64,000 bases of DNA from an uncultured Clostridia bacterium (lineage in GTDB: Bacteria; Bacillota; Clostridia; Christensenellales; Aristaeellaceae). Both the position numbers and the translations under genes were made by a program. Where the stretch lies: the NCBI GenBank assembly GCA_946408995.1, contig CAMJUL010000007.1:17-64016 (forward strand), given 5' to 3'. Every line of letters begins with the position of its first letter. Position 1 is the first letter of the stretch. The notes under the pieces were generated by a model. The model had not been told where the DNA came from. It did not search any database and worked only from the letters and a program-made list of their open reading frames with translations. Shown here piece by piece: positions 37,201 to 46,617 of the stretch.

Positions 37201-38415
37201 TCACAGGATGATCTTGCATTCCATATAATACCGCTTTTCATGGGCTTCTCCCATGCTGAAAGTCTTTCGGGGGAGCGCGCCGCGTTTTGAGACCGCCTCA
37301 AACAAAAGCCCTTTGTCCATGGGGGGCACCAGAATGCCACTGCCCTTTCCCTGCATTACAAAAGCACGGACCGCATCGGAGCCGTGTACGTAATCAATGT
37401 CTTTGATCCCTTCCGCATCAAGGCATTTCTGCACGGTGCCCACAGGAAGCGGATGGAGGGGTTGCTGAAAACGCAGAGCTTGTTCCCCGTCGGCTGTAAC
37501 AAGGCGGATATCCGCGTCCTGCTCCGCGGGCACGGGACAGGCCTTCCGAAGGACATGGATGACCTCTTCTCCGCTGAGACCGGCGATCACCCGGTGGATG
37601 GGTTCAAAGACCAGCGCGGGTTCATAGATGTTGATCAGTTCCACCGTCGCAAAACGCGCAGGATGTTCAAGGGCTTGCGCTGGCGTCAGGCCGCGTTTGA
37701 TTTCTTCCCAGCAGCCCTTGGCCGTGGCCAGGGAATGGTTGCCGTCCCCGGCCGCGAACAGAATGCCGTCCCCGGTTTTTTCAGCCAGAAGATCCAGGGC
37801 GCGGAAGGCCTGTTCGGCCCATTGACCCGTTACTTTCCAGCCCCGCAGTCTGCCGCCGTTCGCCATCAGATCCACATCATAGAGGGGCTCAAGATGGTCC
37901 TTATCCCGGTAAAGGGGCTCGATGACGGTTTCTTCCCGGTCATCGCACAGGAGCAGGATGTGACTGCATTCCAGCATCGCTCCGCGGCGAACAGCCATCC
38001 GGGGAGGAAGCCGCTCCAGAACCGTGCCTTCGGTGGGACGGATGGGGGATCTGGAAGAGGGGGAATAATCATAGGCTTCCAGGTCCACGGTCATCACCAG
38101 GCCGATGCGATTGCCATGGACACAGGCCCTCTCGGTCAGGACCAGGCCATCCTCTACGGCCGCGGCAAGGATGTGGTCCTCAAGGTATTGCCGCATACAG
38201 CGGTGGATCTGCGGCACCCGGCGGTCCGCTTCGCCAAGGTAGACCTCGGGCAGGATCAGGCGCAGGGAAGAAGGGGCGTCGCCGACAGTCCGTTCCATCT
38301 CCTGCCATACTTCCGCCTGGGAAGTATACTGATCGCAGGCAACCACCCCCCAGTTGGGCAAATCCGCCTTCCTGGCGGGCAAGTAAAAACAACCGGTATG
38401 ATAAATACGGTCCAT
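37201..38415 (-). CDS. DUF1015 family protein
   Basis: Start at ATG 38415 (GGGAGGG upstream), about 404 aa. The N-terminal VVACDQYTS region and overall length are reminiscent of DUF1015. The longer ORF extension runs across a consensus promoter on the other strand. Confidence 0.6.
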   Translation of the reverse strand: MDRIYHTGCFYLPARKADLPNWGVVACDQYTSQAEVWQEMERTVGDAPSSLRLILPEVYLGEADRRVPQIHRCMRQYLEDHILAAAVEDGLVLTERACVHGNRIGLVMTVDLEAYDYSPSSRSPIRPTEGTVLERLPPRMAVRRGAMLECSHILLLCDDREETVIEPLYRDKDHLEPLYDVDLMANGGRLRGWKVTGQWAEQAFRALDLLAEKTGDGILFAAGDGNHSLATAKGCWEEIKRGLTPAQALEHPARFATVELINIYEPALVFEPIHRVIAGLSGEEVIHVLRKACPVPAEQDADIRLVTADGEQALRFQQPLHPLPVGTVQKCLDAEGIKDIDYVHGSDAVRAFVMQGKGSGILVPPMDKGLLFEAVSKRGALPRKTFSMGEAHEKRYYMECKIIL

Positions 38416-38571
38416 GTTGATTCCCTCCCGTACAGTGTTCAAACAACAAAAGCCAAAACGATCGAACCGGAACAGAGCGGCCGGATAAAACGAAAGCAGT
38501 CTCAGAGACATCATAGCCAAAACAAAGGGGTTTTGCAATCCTTTTTTGGGTAAGGCGGACCTCTTGCCGCA

Positions 38572-38600
38572 TTGACAGGGGGTGGGCGTGCACCTATAAT
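38572..38600 (+). promoter_or_regulatory. Consensus sigma-70 promoter (TTGACA-N17-TATAAT) for the hydrolase gene
   Basis: Both hexamers are perfect with a 17-nt spacer, read directly. The ATG at 38784 lies about 175 nt downstream of the predicted start site. Confidence 0.6.
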
Positions 38601-38783
38601 AAGGACAAGCAATCGCGTTGGGATACCCGACACGGAAAAAGCGGCACAAAGGAGAGGGCTTCGTCATTACGGGCCCGTTTGTTGCATGCATAAGGGACGC
38701 CGTGCGCCTGGATCCGTCTGACAGGAACTGCAATTGGAGCGCAGCAGTGCCCGGTGAAGCGCGAGGAAAGGAAAGAGCGAAAA

Positions 38784-39779
38784 ATGCCACAAGTCAACCA
38801 ATCCCTGAACGAGGACTATCTTGTTTTGTCCGAAGCGTATCAGCGCGTCATGGACGAATATGTTATTCCGGAGCTCAAAGGGATCCGAAGGGACACTTTT
38901 GTATTGGGAGCGCGAGGGGACAGGATATTCTGTTCCTGTTTTGACGTGCAGGATTCCCGTGGAACGGTGGTCATTCTTCACGGATTCACGGAAAGCGTGG
39001 AAAAATTTGACGAATTGATCTATTCCCTTGTGAAGCATCACTACAGCGTTTGTGCCTATGATCAGCGGGGACACGGACGTTCGGCACACGCCGAGGGGCT
39101 GCCGGATGATTCCGTGACCCATGTGGATGCGTTTGACGAATATGTACGCGACCTGGAGCAGGTGCTCGACCAGGTGGTTTCAAAAATGCCTGCTCCTTAT
39201 CTGCTGTTTTCCCATTCCATGGGCGGGGCGGTTTCAGCGCTGTATCTGGAGGGGCATGCGGAGCCATTTGAGAGGGCCGTGTTCTGCGCCCCCATGATCG
39301 CCTGTGACCGGGGGGGTCTCCCCATGCTGCTGGCCAAGGGGATCTGCCTGTTCCCTTGTGCCGTCGGCAGGGGAAAAGCGAGGAACTTTATTGCCAAGCC
39401 ATACGCGGGTCCGGAAGATTTCGAGACTTCCTGCGCTTCTTGCAAGGAACGGTTTGAACGGTACAACCGGTTCCGCGCGGAGCACAGGGAATTCCAAAAC
39501 AGCGGGCCCACCTACCGGTGGACGCTGGAAGCGCTCCGGGTAACAGCAAGGATTCTGGCTCCCGGAGCGGTGGAAAAGATCCGGATCCCGGTGCTTTTGT
39601 ATACGGCGGGAAAGGACAACATGGTGCTGCCCGAGCAGCAGCGGCTGTTCGTTGAGCGCCTTCCGAAGGGCAAACAGGTGCTTGTTCCGGGGGCCAAGCA
39701 TGAAATCTATTTTTCCGAGGATGATGTGCTGTTCCCCTGGTGGCGCCAGATCCTGGCGTTTTTTGCGGGCGAAAAGTGA
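38784..39779 (+). CDS. Alpha/beta hydrolase (lysophospholipase / monoacylglycerol-lipase-like)
   Basis: VVILHGFTES, DQRGHGRS and the nucleophile elbow FSHSMGG. The C-terminal KHEIY region is consistent with the catalytic His. Confidence 0.8.
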   Translation: MPQVNQSLNEDYLVLSEAYQRVMDEYVIPELKGIRRDTFVLGARGDRIFCSCFDVQDSRGTVVILHGFTESVEKFDELIYSLVKHHYSVCAYDQRGHGRSAHAEGLPDDSVTHVDAFDEYVRDLEQVLDQVVSKMPAPYLLFSHSMGGAVSALYLEGHAEPFERAVFCAPMIACDRGGLPMLLAKGICLFPCAVGRGKARNFIAKPYAGPEDFETSCASCKERFERYNRFRAEHREFQNSGPTYRWTLEALRVTARILAPGAVEKIRIPVLLYTAGKDNMVLPEQQRLFVERLPKGKQVLVPGAKHEIYFSEDDVLFPWWRQILAFFAGEK

Positions 39780-39803
39780 CGGGACGATAAGAGGGGCAGT
39801 TAG

Positions 39804-40283
39804 TTATTGTACGCGGCTGAAAGCGGGATCCGCGGCAAGGCGCTTCAGCAGGGCTCTGCAGCCCAGGTCCACGTCCCGCAGGGTCCTTTCAAAATCCCGG
39901 GTATACCAGGGGTCTGCGACCTCCTGCCCGGGAAGGCCGGCCCAATCCAGAAGGAGGCTGGCCTTTTTCATGGCGTTTTTTCCCAGGATCCGTTCCATGT
40001 CATATAAATTCTCCAGGTCCATGGCGATCAGATGATCATACCTTTCGGCATCGCTTTTTTCCAGAAGCCGCGCGGCATGGGGAGGGCAGGGGATCCCATG
40101 GGCCAGCAGCGTTTTTTTCATAGGCGGATATACATCGTTTCCGATTTCTTCCGTGGTAGCGGCTGCGGAAGCTGCGGTGATCCATCCCTCCATATGCATT
40201 TCCTTAACCAGGTGCTGGAGCACCTTTTCGGCGCAAACGCTGCGGCAAATGTTGCCGTGGCAGACAAATAATATCCTGATCAT
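39804..40283 (-). CDS. Low-molecular-weight protein-tyrosine phosphatase
   Basis: P-loop VCHGNICRS (C-X5-R-S) at the N-terminus and the DPWY aspartate loop. 159 aa. Confidence 0.85.
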   Translation of the reverse strand: MIRILFVCHGNICRSVCAEKVLQHLVKEMHMEGWITAASAAATTEEIGNDVYPPMKKTLLAHGIPCPPHAARLLEKSDAERYDHLIAMDLENLYDMERILGKNAMKKASLLLDWAGLPGQEVADPWYTRDFERTLRDVDLGCRALLKRLAADPAFSRVQ

Positions 40284-40412
40284 AGGGGTATTTCTCCTAA
40301 GAAGCGTACAATTGTGCGGCTTTGCAGCGCCATCAAGGAACGCATCCCCCGGTTTTCCGGAGGATGCGGGCGGATCAGGCGTTGCGCGGCAAATAGCCTT
40401 TCTTCTTGCGGC

Positions 40413-41189
40413 TCATTGGGAAAGGCGTTCCGTTTCCACCGGTTCCGCCCCTTTGCGCAGAATGCTGCTGATGAAGGCGCGCGTCCTTTCCTGCTTGGGA
40501 TTGGAAAAGAATTCCTGGGATGGGGCGGATTCCACAACGAGTCCCTTATCCATGAAAAGAACATGGTTTGAGACATTGCGTGCAAATTCCATTTCGTGGG
40601 TCACAACCACCATGGTCATCCCTTCTTCGGCGAGCCTGCGCATGACGTTGAGCACTTCCCCGATCAGCTCGGGATCCAGGGCACTGGTGGGTTCGTCAAA
40701 ATAGATGATCTCCGGCTTCGCGGCCAGACCGCGGGCAATGGCGACCCGCTGCTGCTGACCGCCTGAAAGTTCGATGGGATAAGCGTCCAGCTTATGACCC
40801 ATGCCGACCCGCTCCAGGGCTTCCAGAGCGGCTTTTTCCGCCTCGGCCCGTCCGATTCTGCGCCCGTGAATCAGGCCGAGGGTCACATTCTGAAGGACAG
40901 TTTTGTTCAGAAACAGGTTGTAGTTCTGAAAAACGAAGGCGGTTTTACGGCGAATGGCCGCGATGTCCCGCTTGCTTACTTTGTGCATGTCATAGACCGT
41001 TCCGTCAAAAACCATGGTGCCGCTGTCGGCGGTTTCAAGGAAATTCATACAGCGGAGCAGGGTGGTTTTCCCTGAGCCGGAAGGCCCGAGAATGGCGATC
41101 ACGTCGCCTTTATGGACGTTCAGACTGATGCCCTTCAGCACTTCGTTTCCGGGGGTAAACTGTTTCCGGACGTCTTGGATCTCAAGCAT
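40413..41189 (-). CDS. Amino-acid ABC transporter ATP-binding protein
   Basis: Walker A GPSGSGKTT, signature LSGGQQQRVAIARGL, Walker B IIYFDEPTSALD. Confidence 0.9.
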   Translation of the reverse strand: MLEIQDVRKQFTPGNEVLKGISLNVHKGDVIAILGPSGSGKTTLLRCMNFLETADSGTMVFDGTVYDMHKVSKRDIAAIRRKTAFVFQNYNLFLNKTVLQNVTLGLIHGRRIGRAEAEKAALEALERVGMGHKLDAYPIELSGGQQQRVAIARGLAAKPEIIYFDEPTSALDPELIGEVLNVMRRLAEEGMTMVVVTHEMEFARNVSNHVLFMDKGLVVESAPSQEFFSNPKQERTRAFISSILRKGAEPVETERLSQ

Positions 41190-41861
41190 TTAACGATTTC
41201 CTCCGTAAGCACTCAGCTTCTTTTCTCCCCAACGCTGGAGCAGGGTCAGCAAAGAGCAGAAAATCAAATAAATAAACGCAACTTCTGAATAAAGCGCAAG
41301 GGATTCGTACACTCTGCCGTTGATGACAATGGCCTGGCGGAACATCTCGGTGACCGTGATGACGGATGCCAGCGAAGTTCCCTTGACCATGGAAATCAGG
41401 GAATTGGACAGGGCGGGGAACGCGGTCCGGAACGCCTGAGGAAGAATCACGTGGCGCATGGTGCTCAGGTAACTCATGCTGACGCAATACCCCGCTTCCA
41501 GCTGACCGGAGGGAACGGATTCCAGGGCGCCGCGCATGGATTCGGCCATATACGCCCCTTCGTTAAAGCCAAAGACGAGCACTGCAGTGGGAAAGGCATC
41601 CAGAAGGATCCCTAAACTGGGAAGGCCATAGAATACCAGGTAAAGCTGCACCAGCAGCGGCGTACAGCGGATGATCCAGATATAGATCCTGCAGACCTGG
41701 CGAAGCACCTTGACCTGGGCATATTGTATCATTGCGACTGTGACCGCGATGATTAGGGCGATGGAGAAGGAGAGCGCGGTCAGGGGCAGCGTCATGGTAA
41801 AGAATTTCTCAATCAGCTGAGGAAAGGCGTCTTTCAGGATTTGGATAACTCTGTCGTTCAC
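41190..41861 (-). CDS. Amino-acid ABC transporter permease (His/Glu/Gln/Arg type)
   Basis: GTG start at 41861, preceded by GGAGG. It overlaps the M20 stop as GTGA. Polar amino-acid permease type with the loop LEAGYCVSMSYLSTMRHVILPQAF. Confidence 0.8.
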   Translation of the reverse strand: MNDRVIQILKDAFPQLIEKFFTMTLPLTALSFSIALIIAVTVAMIQYAQVKVLRQVCRIYIWIIRCTPLLVQLYLVFYGLPSLGILLDAFPTAVLVFGFNEGAYMAESMRGALESVPSGQLEAGYCVSMSYLSTMRHVILPQAFRTAFPALSNSLISMVKGTSLASVITVTEMFRQAIVINGRVYESLALYSEVAFIYLIFCSLLTLLQRWGEKKLSAYGGNR

Positions 41862-43270
41862 AGCAGGACCTCCGCTTTTACGCAAACTTGCTCGATCAGA
41901 CGTGTCAGCACACGGATTCCCTGGAGATATGCGCGGACCGAGATCCGCTCGTTGGTTCCGTGAATGCCTGTGGATGAAATGTCTTCTTCTTCAAGAAACG
42001 GGCCAAAACGAAAACAGCAGGGACTGACAGGCTCGTATTGACGGCAGTCGGTTGCGCCGCGGTTCTGGACCGGAATAAAGATCAGCGAATCAAAATAATG
42101 CTCCAGGACCTGCTTGAGGGCATCAAACGCCCCGGTATCCAGCCTGGAAGGGCGGGAAGCGGGGATCTGCTGTTCCCATTCCAAATCAATGTCACTGTCA
42201 AGCAGGGAACGGCAGGTGGTAAAGACGCTTTCCGGGGTATCCTGCGGGGCGAAACGGAAGTTGATCACTGCGGACATATCCTGAGGCATCACATTGGCGG
42301 CAGGCGCGCCCTCGCTGATCATGGTAGGAGCGATGGTTGTGGACACCTGATGATAAAGGCTTTCCTTGGACATGTACCAATGGACCAGTTCATCCTCATG
42401 CTTTTGCGTATCCTGAAGCCATCCTCTGACTGGGTCCTGCGTGATATAAGGGGCGAGCAGCTGCAGGGCAGAGCGAGTACAGTCGTTCAGACGTGGGGGC
42501 GGGGGATTCGAAAGGATCCGGGCGATGGCGCTTGCAAGGATCCCAAGAGACGTCCCATGAAACGGATTGGAGCTGTGCCCTCCTTTGCTTCGTACGGTCA
42601 AACGAAGATCCCCATACCCTTTCTCATAGGTGCCGATGGTGCAAACCTGTTTTCCAGGCGCGCCGTAATCCGCGGCGTCGGCGACATCACCGGAGCCTTC
42701 GTCCAGAACAAGGGCAAACCGGATCTGTCGTTCCATGAGGAGCGAACAGATAGCCATGGCGCCGGTACTGCGGGTTTCCTCGTCTTCCCCGAAGGCAAAA
42801 TACAGAGTCCGTTTCAGTTTCTTCCCTTTGGAAAGCAGGTATTCCGCCGCTTCAAGATGACCGATCAGCATTTCCTTGATATCCAGCGCGCCTCTGCCCC
42901 AAATATAGCCATCCGCCAGGTCCCCGCTGAAGGGGGCATGTGCCCAGTCCTTTTCCGTTCCGGATTTGACGGGAACCACATCCTGATGCGCCATCAGCAG
43001 AATGGGAAGCAGGGTGCTGTCGCTGCCGGGAAGAACGATCAGAAGGCTGTGTCCCACCGTCTCCCAGACAGCCTGAGAGGCAATGTGCGGATAGGACCGG
43101 TGCAAAAATGCGTGAAAACGCTTGAAGACAGCGTAGTCAGTCTGCGCAGTATCCAGGTGGCTGACGGTGGGAAAGCGAAGCGCTTCCTGCAAATGCGCAC
43201 ATGCGGCGTCACGGGGGAAGTCCGGGTAATCCGTCTCATGGATAAAATGGGCGGAATTGTTCATAAGCAT
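41858..43270 (-). CDS. M20-family metallopeptidase/amidohydrolase
   Basis: LLMAHQDVVP, GRGALDIK and FGEDEE motifs of the M20/M25/M40 family. 470 aa. Confidence 0.75.
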   Translation of the reverse strand: MLMNNSAHFIHETDYPDFPRDAACAHLQEALRFPTVSHLDTAQTDYAVFKRFHAFLHRSYPHIASQAVWETVGHSLLIVLPGSDSTLLPILLMAHQDVVPVKSGTEKDWAHAPFSGDLADGYIWGRGALDIKEMLIGHLEAAEYLLSKGKKLKRTLYFAFGEDEETRSTGAMAICSLLMERQIRFALVLDEGSGDVADAADYGAPGKQVCTIGTYEKGYGDLRLTVRSKGGHSSNPFHGTSLGILASAIARILSNPPPPRLNDCTRSALQLLAPYITQDPVRGWLQDTQKHEDELVHWYMSKESLYHQVSTTIAPTMISEGAPAANVMPQDMSAVINFRFAPQDTPESVFTTCRSLLDSDIDLEWEQQIPASRPSRLDTGAFDALKQVLEHYFDSLIFIPVQNRGATDCRQYEPVSPCCFRFGPFLEEEDISSTGIHGTNERISVRAYLQGIRVLTRLIEQVCVKAEVLL

Positions 43271-43294
43271 TCATTCCCTTAAATAAAACCAGGA

Positions 43295-43316
43295 GGGCAG
43301 CCTGAAAAGGCTGCCC
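43295..43316 (-). terminator. Hairpin between the binding-protein gene and the M20 gene
   Basis: 8-bp stem GGGCAGCC / GGCTGCCC with a 6-nt loop, followed on the minus strand by TCCTGGTTTTATTT. Confidence 0.45.
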
Positions 43317-43352
43317 TGTTTTGAGAAACAAGGAAAAGAGACGGGAAGAACC

Positions 43353-44159
43353 TTATTCAGCGTTTGGCGCGACGGTCAGGTCCAGTCCGTTAAAATAGCG
43401 GGTGGAAATCTCAGAGAGCCTTCCGCTTGAGCGCAGCGCCTCGATGGCCTCATTGACGGCCTGACGCAGCGCGGCGGAATCGTCCCCTTTCCGCATGGGG
43501 ATCGCTACCGGGTCCCCTTCCGTTTCGGCTACGATTTTCAGATGGACATCCGGATGCGCAAGGAGGTAGTCATTGATGGTGACTTCGGAGTTGATGGTGG
43601 CGTCAACACGCCCCTGGAGGAGCAGCGCAAAGGTATCCGCGAGGGTCTCCACCCCGACCACCGTGGCTCCGTAGGCTTCGGCGAGGGCTGCGTAGGTGCT
43701 GGAGGCCGTGTTGGCGGTGGTTTTGCCTTTCAGGTCTTCCAGGACCTTGATGGTTTCGTTATCGTCCCGGACCACAAGCACTTTATGGGTATAGACATAG
43801 GGGATGGAAAAGTCATATTTTTCCGCGCGGGTTTCCGTATATCCGACGCCATTGCATGCCAGGTCGAAGCGGCCGGAGTCGACTCCTGCCAGGATAGCGT
43901 CCCAGCTGGTTTCCTCAAATCGGGCTTCTACACCGAGATACTCCGCAATGGCCTTTCCAAGTTCGATGTCCAGCCCGACGAGTTCGTTCGCTTCATTGTG
44001 GAAAGTCCAGGGCTGCCAATCCCCTTCTGTGGCAATGACGATATATCCGCGCGCTTTGATGTCCTCCAACTGGTCCGCATGGGCGGATACGGAAAGACTC
44101 AGCACCATCAAAAGGGCAAGGAGCATTGCTGCAAGGCGCGAAATAAAGGAATGCTTCAT
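43353..44159 (-). CDS. Amino-acid ABC transporter substrate-binding protein
   Basis: Start at ATG 44159, giving the signal peptide MKHSFISRLAAMLLALLMVLSLSVSAHA. Family-3 solute-binding protein of about 268 aa. Confidence 0.85.
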   Translation of the reverse strand: MKHSFISRLAAMLLALLMVLSLSVSAHADQLEDIKARGYIVIATEGDWQPWTFHNEANELVGLDIELGKAIAEYLGVEARFEETSWDAILAGVDSGRFDLACNGVGYTETRAEKYDFSIPYVYTHKVLVVRDDNETIKVLEDLKGKTTANTASSTYAALAEAYGATVVGVETLADTFALLLQGRVDATINSEVTINDYLLAHPDVHLKIVAETEGDPVAIPMRKGDDSAALRQAVNEAIEALRSSGRLSEISTRYFNGLDLTVAPNAE

Positions 44160-44235
44160 AGGATTTACCGTCCTTTCTGACGTTTGTACGGAATAGGTGG
44201 AACGATGGAAGTATATCTCATTTGAACCCATTATG

Positions 44236-44290
44236 CAAATAAAGATTGTTTATGGCGGTCAAATAAGATTGTTTATGGCGGCCAAATAAG
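44236..44290. repeat. Tandem direct repeat, about 2.4 copies of a 22-23-nt unit (CAAATA(A)AGATTGTTTATGGCGG)
   Basis: Copies at 44236-44258 and 44260-44281 differ by one extra A. A partial third copy CCAAATAAG follows. Confidence 0.8.
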
Positions 44291-44297
44291 AAGGCCT

Positions 44298-44705
44298 TCA
44301 AAGCTTTTTTGTGAAGGACAGGATGTTTTGACCGTCCTCGTATCTGTAATGGATCTCATCCATGCTTTTTTTGACCATATAGATCCCAAGACCGCCAATC
44401 TGCCGTTCTTCGGCGCTCAAGGTCACGTCCGGATCAGGCCTGGCCAGCGGATTGAAGGGGATCCCATGATCCCGGAATTCAATGCGGACGGAAGGAGGTT
44501 CCGAAACCGTTTCGATCCGGATCTGCGCTTCCCCTGTGCGTGGAGCATAGGCATACGTTGCGATGTTGACATAGATTTCTTCCACGGCCACGTCGATCTG
44601 CATCTGCGTTTTCATTGGGCAGGCAAGCGCTTCGAGATGGGCGTCGACAAAAGCCAATACCTTCTCAAGGGATTCCACACTGGCTTGCAGCGTCATTTCA
44701 TGCAT
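44298..44705 (-). CDS. Anti-sigma-factor-type serine kinase (RsbW/SpoIIAB-like HATPase domain)
   Basis: 135 aa. AVEEIYVNI (N-box region), RDHGIPFNPL (G1) and IGGLGIYMVKK (G2/ATP lid). Confidence 0.7.
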   Translation of the reverse strand: MHEMTLQASVESLEKVLAFVDAHLEALACPMKTQMQIDVAVEEIYVNIATYAYAPRTGEAQIRIETVSEPPSVRIEFRDHGIPFNPLARPDPDVTLSAEERQIGGLGIYMVKKSMDEIHYRYEDGQNILSFTKKL

Positions 44706-44841
44706 GTTGTTTTTCCTCCGTTCCCATATAACGCAGACCAGGCATTGCAGCGCCTTTCCATAAAGTTGAGAAATAAAGCGCAGGAAGCTTTGCAGAAAGG
44801 GGCCCCGTCCTTTTTCCCGCTTGGAAAGGATATCCCCCTTT

Positions 44842-46617
44842 TTATAATACTACCCGCATTACGTTGAATCCTTCATAATTCCGGTAGGTGAATGATTTGG
44901 CCGTTTTTTTGACCATCAGGACGCCAACAGAATCAAGAAACTCTTCTTCCCTCCCCTTTTGGAGCTTGCCCATATTCATCATCAAGGGATTGAAGCGGGG
45001 GGCGCTGTTGCGGATGCAAAGGGTGCAGTCTCCGCTTTCTTCAAGGGCGAGGGTGATCTGGATGTATTCATCATTCTTCCCGCTGAACGCCCGTTCCATG
45101 GTAACAAGACACAGCTCTTCAACGGCAAGCTGGATCTGCATTGCTTTTTTCAAAGGGATCTCCTGTGCGCGGCAGAACGCGTCAAGACGGACCAGCACCT
45201 GATGAAGTTCATGATCGGCATTGTTCAAGACGGCGCTGAAAAGAGGAAGCCTGCGCTGTACGTTTCCCCGTTCAAAGAGAAAACGGATCGCCAGAAAAGC
45301 CAGCAGGGAAGCGGCTTCCGTGGCGGGGAACAGCAGCCAGAAGGACTTTGGAAAAAGCAGACCGAAAAGAACCGTAAAGGGAAGCAGGAAGACAGCGCTC
45401 CTCAGGAGGGTGATCAGGCTGCTCAGCTTTGCGCAGCCGGAGGACTGATAATACGCGATGAGGATAAAAAGGGCCCCCGCTATGGGCGTACTCAGGCAGA
45501 ACCACCGAATGGCCGGAACAGATATCAGGACGGAAGCGGAATCCCGGAGGCCAAAGACACCGGAAATGGGGACGGCAAGCAGCGCGAGAACAGCGGAAAG
45601 GAAGGCCCCCAGGCCCACCCCCCAAAACAGGGCCAGACGGAGGGCGTATTTGAGACTGGATTCGTCATGCTCCTCGCTGAAGGTGGAAGCCAAAGGCTGC
45701 ATGGTTTCCGCTGAAGCCCGGTAGATGGAATAGGCCACATGGGAGACGTTCATGACAACGTCAAAGACGGCCACGTACAGGGACCCGTCAATGATTCCGC
45801 GGTCTCCGGCGGCAAGCAGTAGGCGGTTTGCAATGAAAAGGAACAGGAACTGGAACACATAGCGCACAGAGGTGGAAAAACCGATCCCCAGGGATTCAAG
45901 GCAGAGGGAGAGGACCTGGGCGGGCTCCCCCCGGGCACGGAGGATGGATTTCAAATGAAGGACACCGCTGTGATCAAACAAATGGACGGAAAGCACGGCT
46001 GCGCATACGATCTGCGCGGTAACGGTCGCCCAAACAGACCCAGCGACCCCTTTTCCAAGGATCAGCACGAAGAAAATATTCAGGCCCAGGTCAACAGCGC
46101 TGCCAAGGGTCAGCCCGAGGGTGGCCAGGCCGGGTTCGTCATCACATCGGGTAAAGTCGTAAAGAAGAAAATTGAGCATGAACAAGGGTGCGGCACCGAC
46201 CAGCGGCCGGGCATAGCTTTCACACAGGGAGAGGAGCTCCTTCCGGGTGTCGTTAACGCCAAGAAGCGCAAGGAGGGGGCGCATGAACACATTGCCGAGA
46301 ACTGCAAAAAGCAACGCTCCCAAAAGCGCCTTCCACGCCAGAGAGCGAAAAACGCACAAAGCGGTTTCGTTCTTGCCGCCGGCCGTCAGCTTCCCGTGGG
46401 TGACACAGCCGCCCCGGGCAATCCCATAACCGAACAGGTTGTAGATCATATAGATCGGGGTAACGATGCCGATCGCGGCCAGTCCCTGTTCCCCGACCCG
46501 CTGTCCGACGACCAACGCGTCCGCGATATCCGCAAAGGATAAAGCCAGGGCGGAAATCGAGGCTGGCCAAAGCACCCGATAGAACATTTTGCGCGGAAAC
46601 CAACGATTCGGGTTCAT
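44842..46617 (-). CDS. MATE-family transporter fused to a C-terminal RsbW-like HATPase domain
   Basis: Start at ATG 46617. The first 455 aa or so are polytopic MATE-like. The last 135 aa or so align with the neighbouring 135-aa kinase (AVEELCLV, FNPL, MVKK), but G1/G2 are degenerate (NSAPRFNPL, LDSVGVLMVKK). Confidence 0.7.
   Translation of the reverse strand: MNPNRWFPRKMFYRVLWPASISALALSFADIADALVVGQRVGEQGLAAIGIVTPIYMIYNLFGYGIARGGCVTHGKLTAGGKNETALCVFRSLAWKALLGALLFAVLGNVFMRPLLALLGVNDTRKELLSLCESYARPLVGAAPLFMLNFLLYDFTRCDDEPGLATLGLTLGSAVDLGLNIFFVLILGKGVAGSVWATVTAQIVCAAVLSVHLFDHSGVLHLKSILRARGEPAQVLSLCLESLGIGFSTSVRYVFQFLFLFIANRLLLAAGDRGIIDGSLYVAVFDVVMNVSHVAYSIYRASAETMQPLASTFSEEHDESSLKYALRLALFWGVGLGAFLSAVLALLAVPISGVFGLRDSASVLISVPAIRWFCLSTPIAGALFILIAYYQSSGCAKLSSLITLLRSAVFLLPFTVLFGLLFPKSFWLLFPATEAASLLAFLAIRFLFERGNVQRRLPLFSAVLNNADHELHQVLVRLDAFCRAQEIPLKKAMQIQLAVEELCLVTMERAFSGKNDEYIQITLALEESGDCTLCIRNSAPRFNPLMMNMGKLQKGREEEFLDSVGVLMVKKTAKSFTYRNYEGFNVMRVVL

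Noticed and set aside
38601-38783. Assigning the long leader to a known riboswitch class (TPP, ZTP/pfl, guanidine-I, c-di-GMP)
   Set aside because: Only short chance resemblances appear (for example ACACGG..AAAAGC, CGCCTGG). The conserved cores of these classes are not present by eye, so it is kept only as an unclassified leader.
38416-38790. 125-codon N-terminal extension of the DUF1015 ORF
   Set aside because: The extension crosses a consensus promoter belonging to the divergent hydrolase gene and has odd Cys/Pro-rich content. ATG 38415 has a GGGAGGG RBS.
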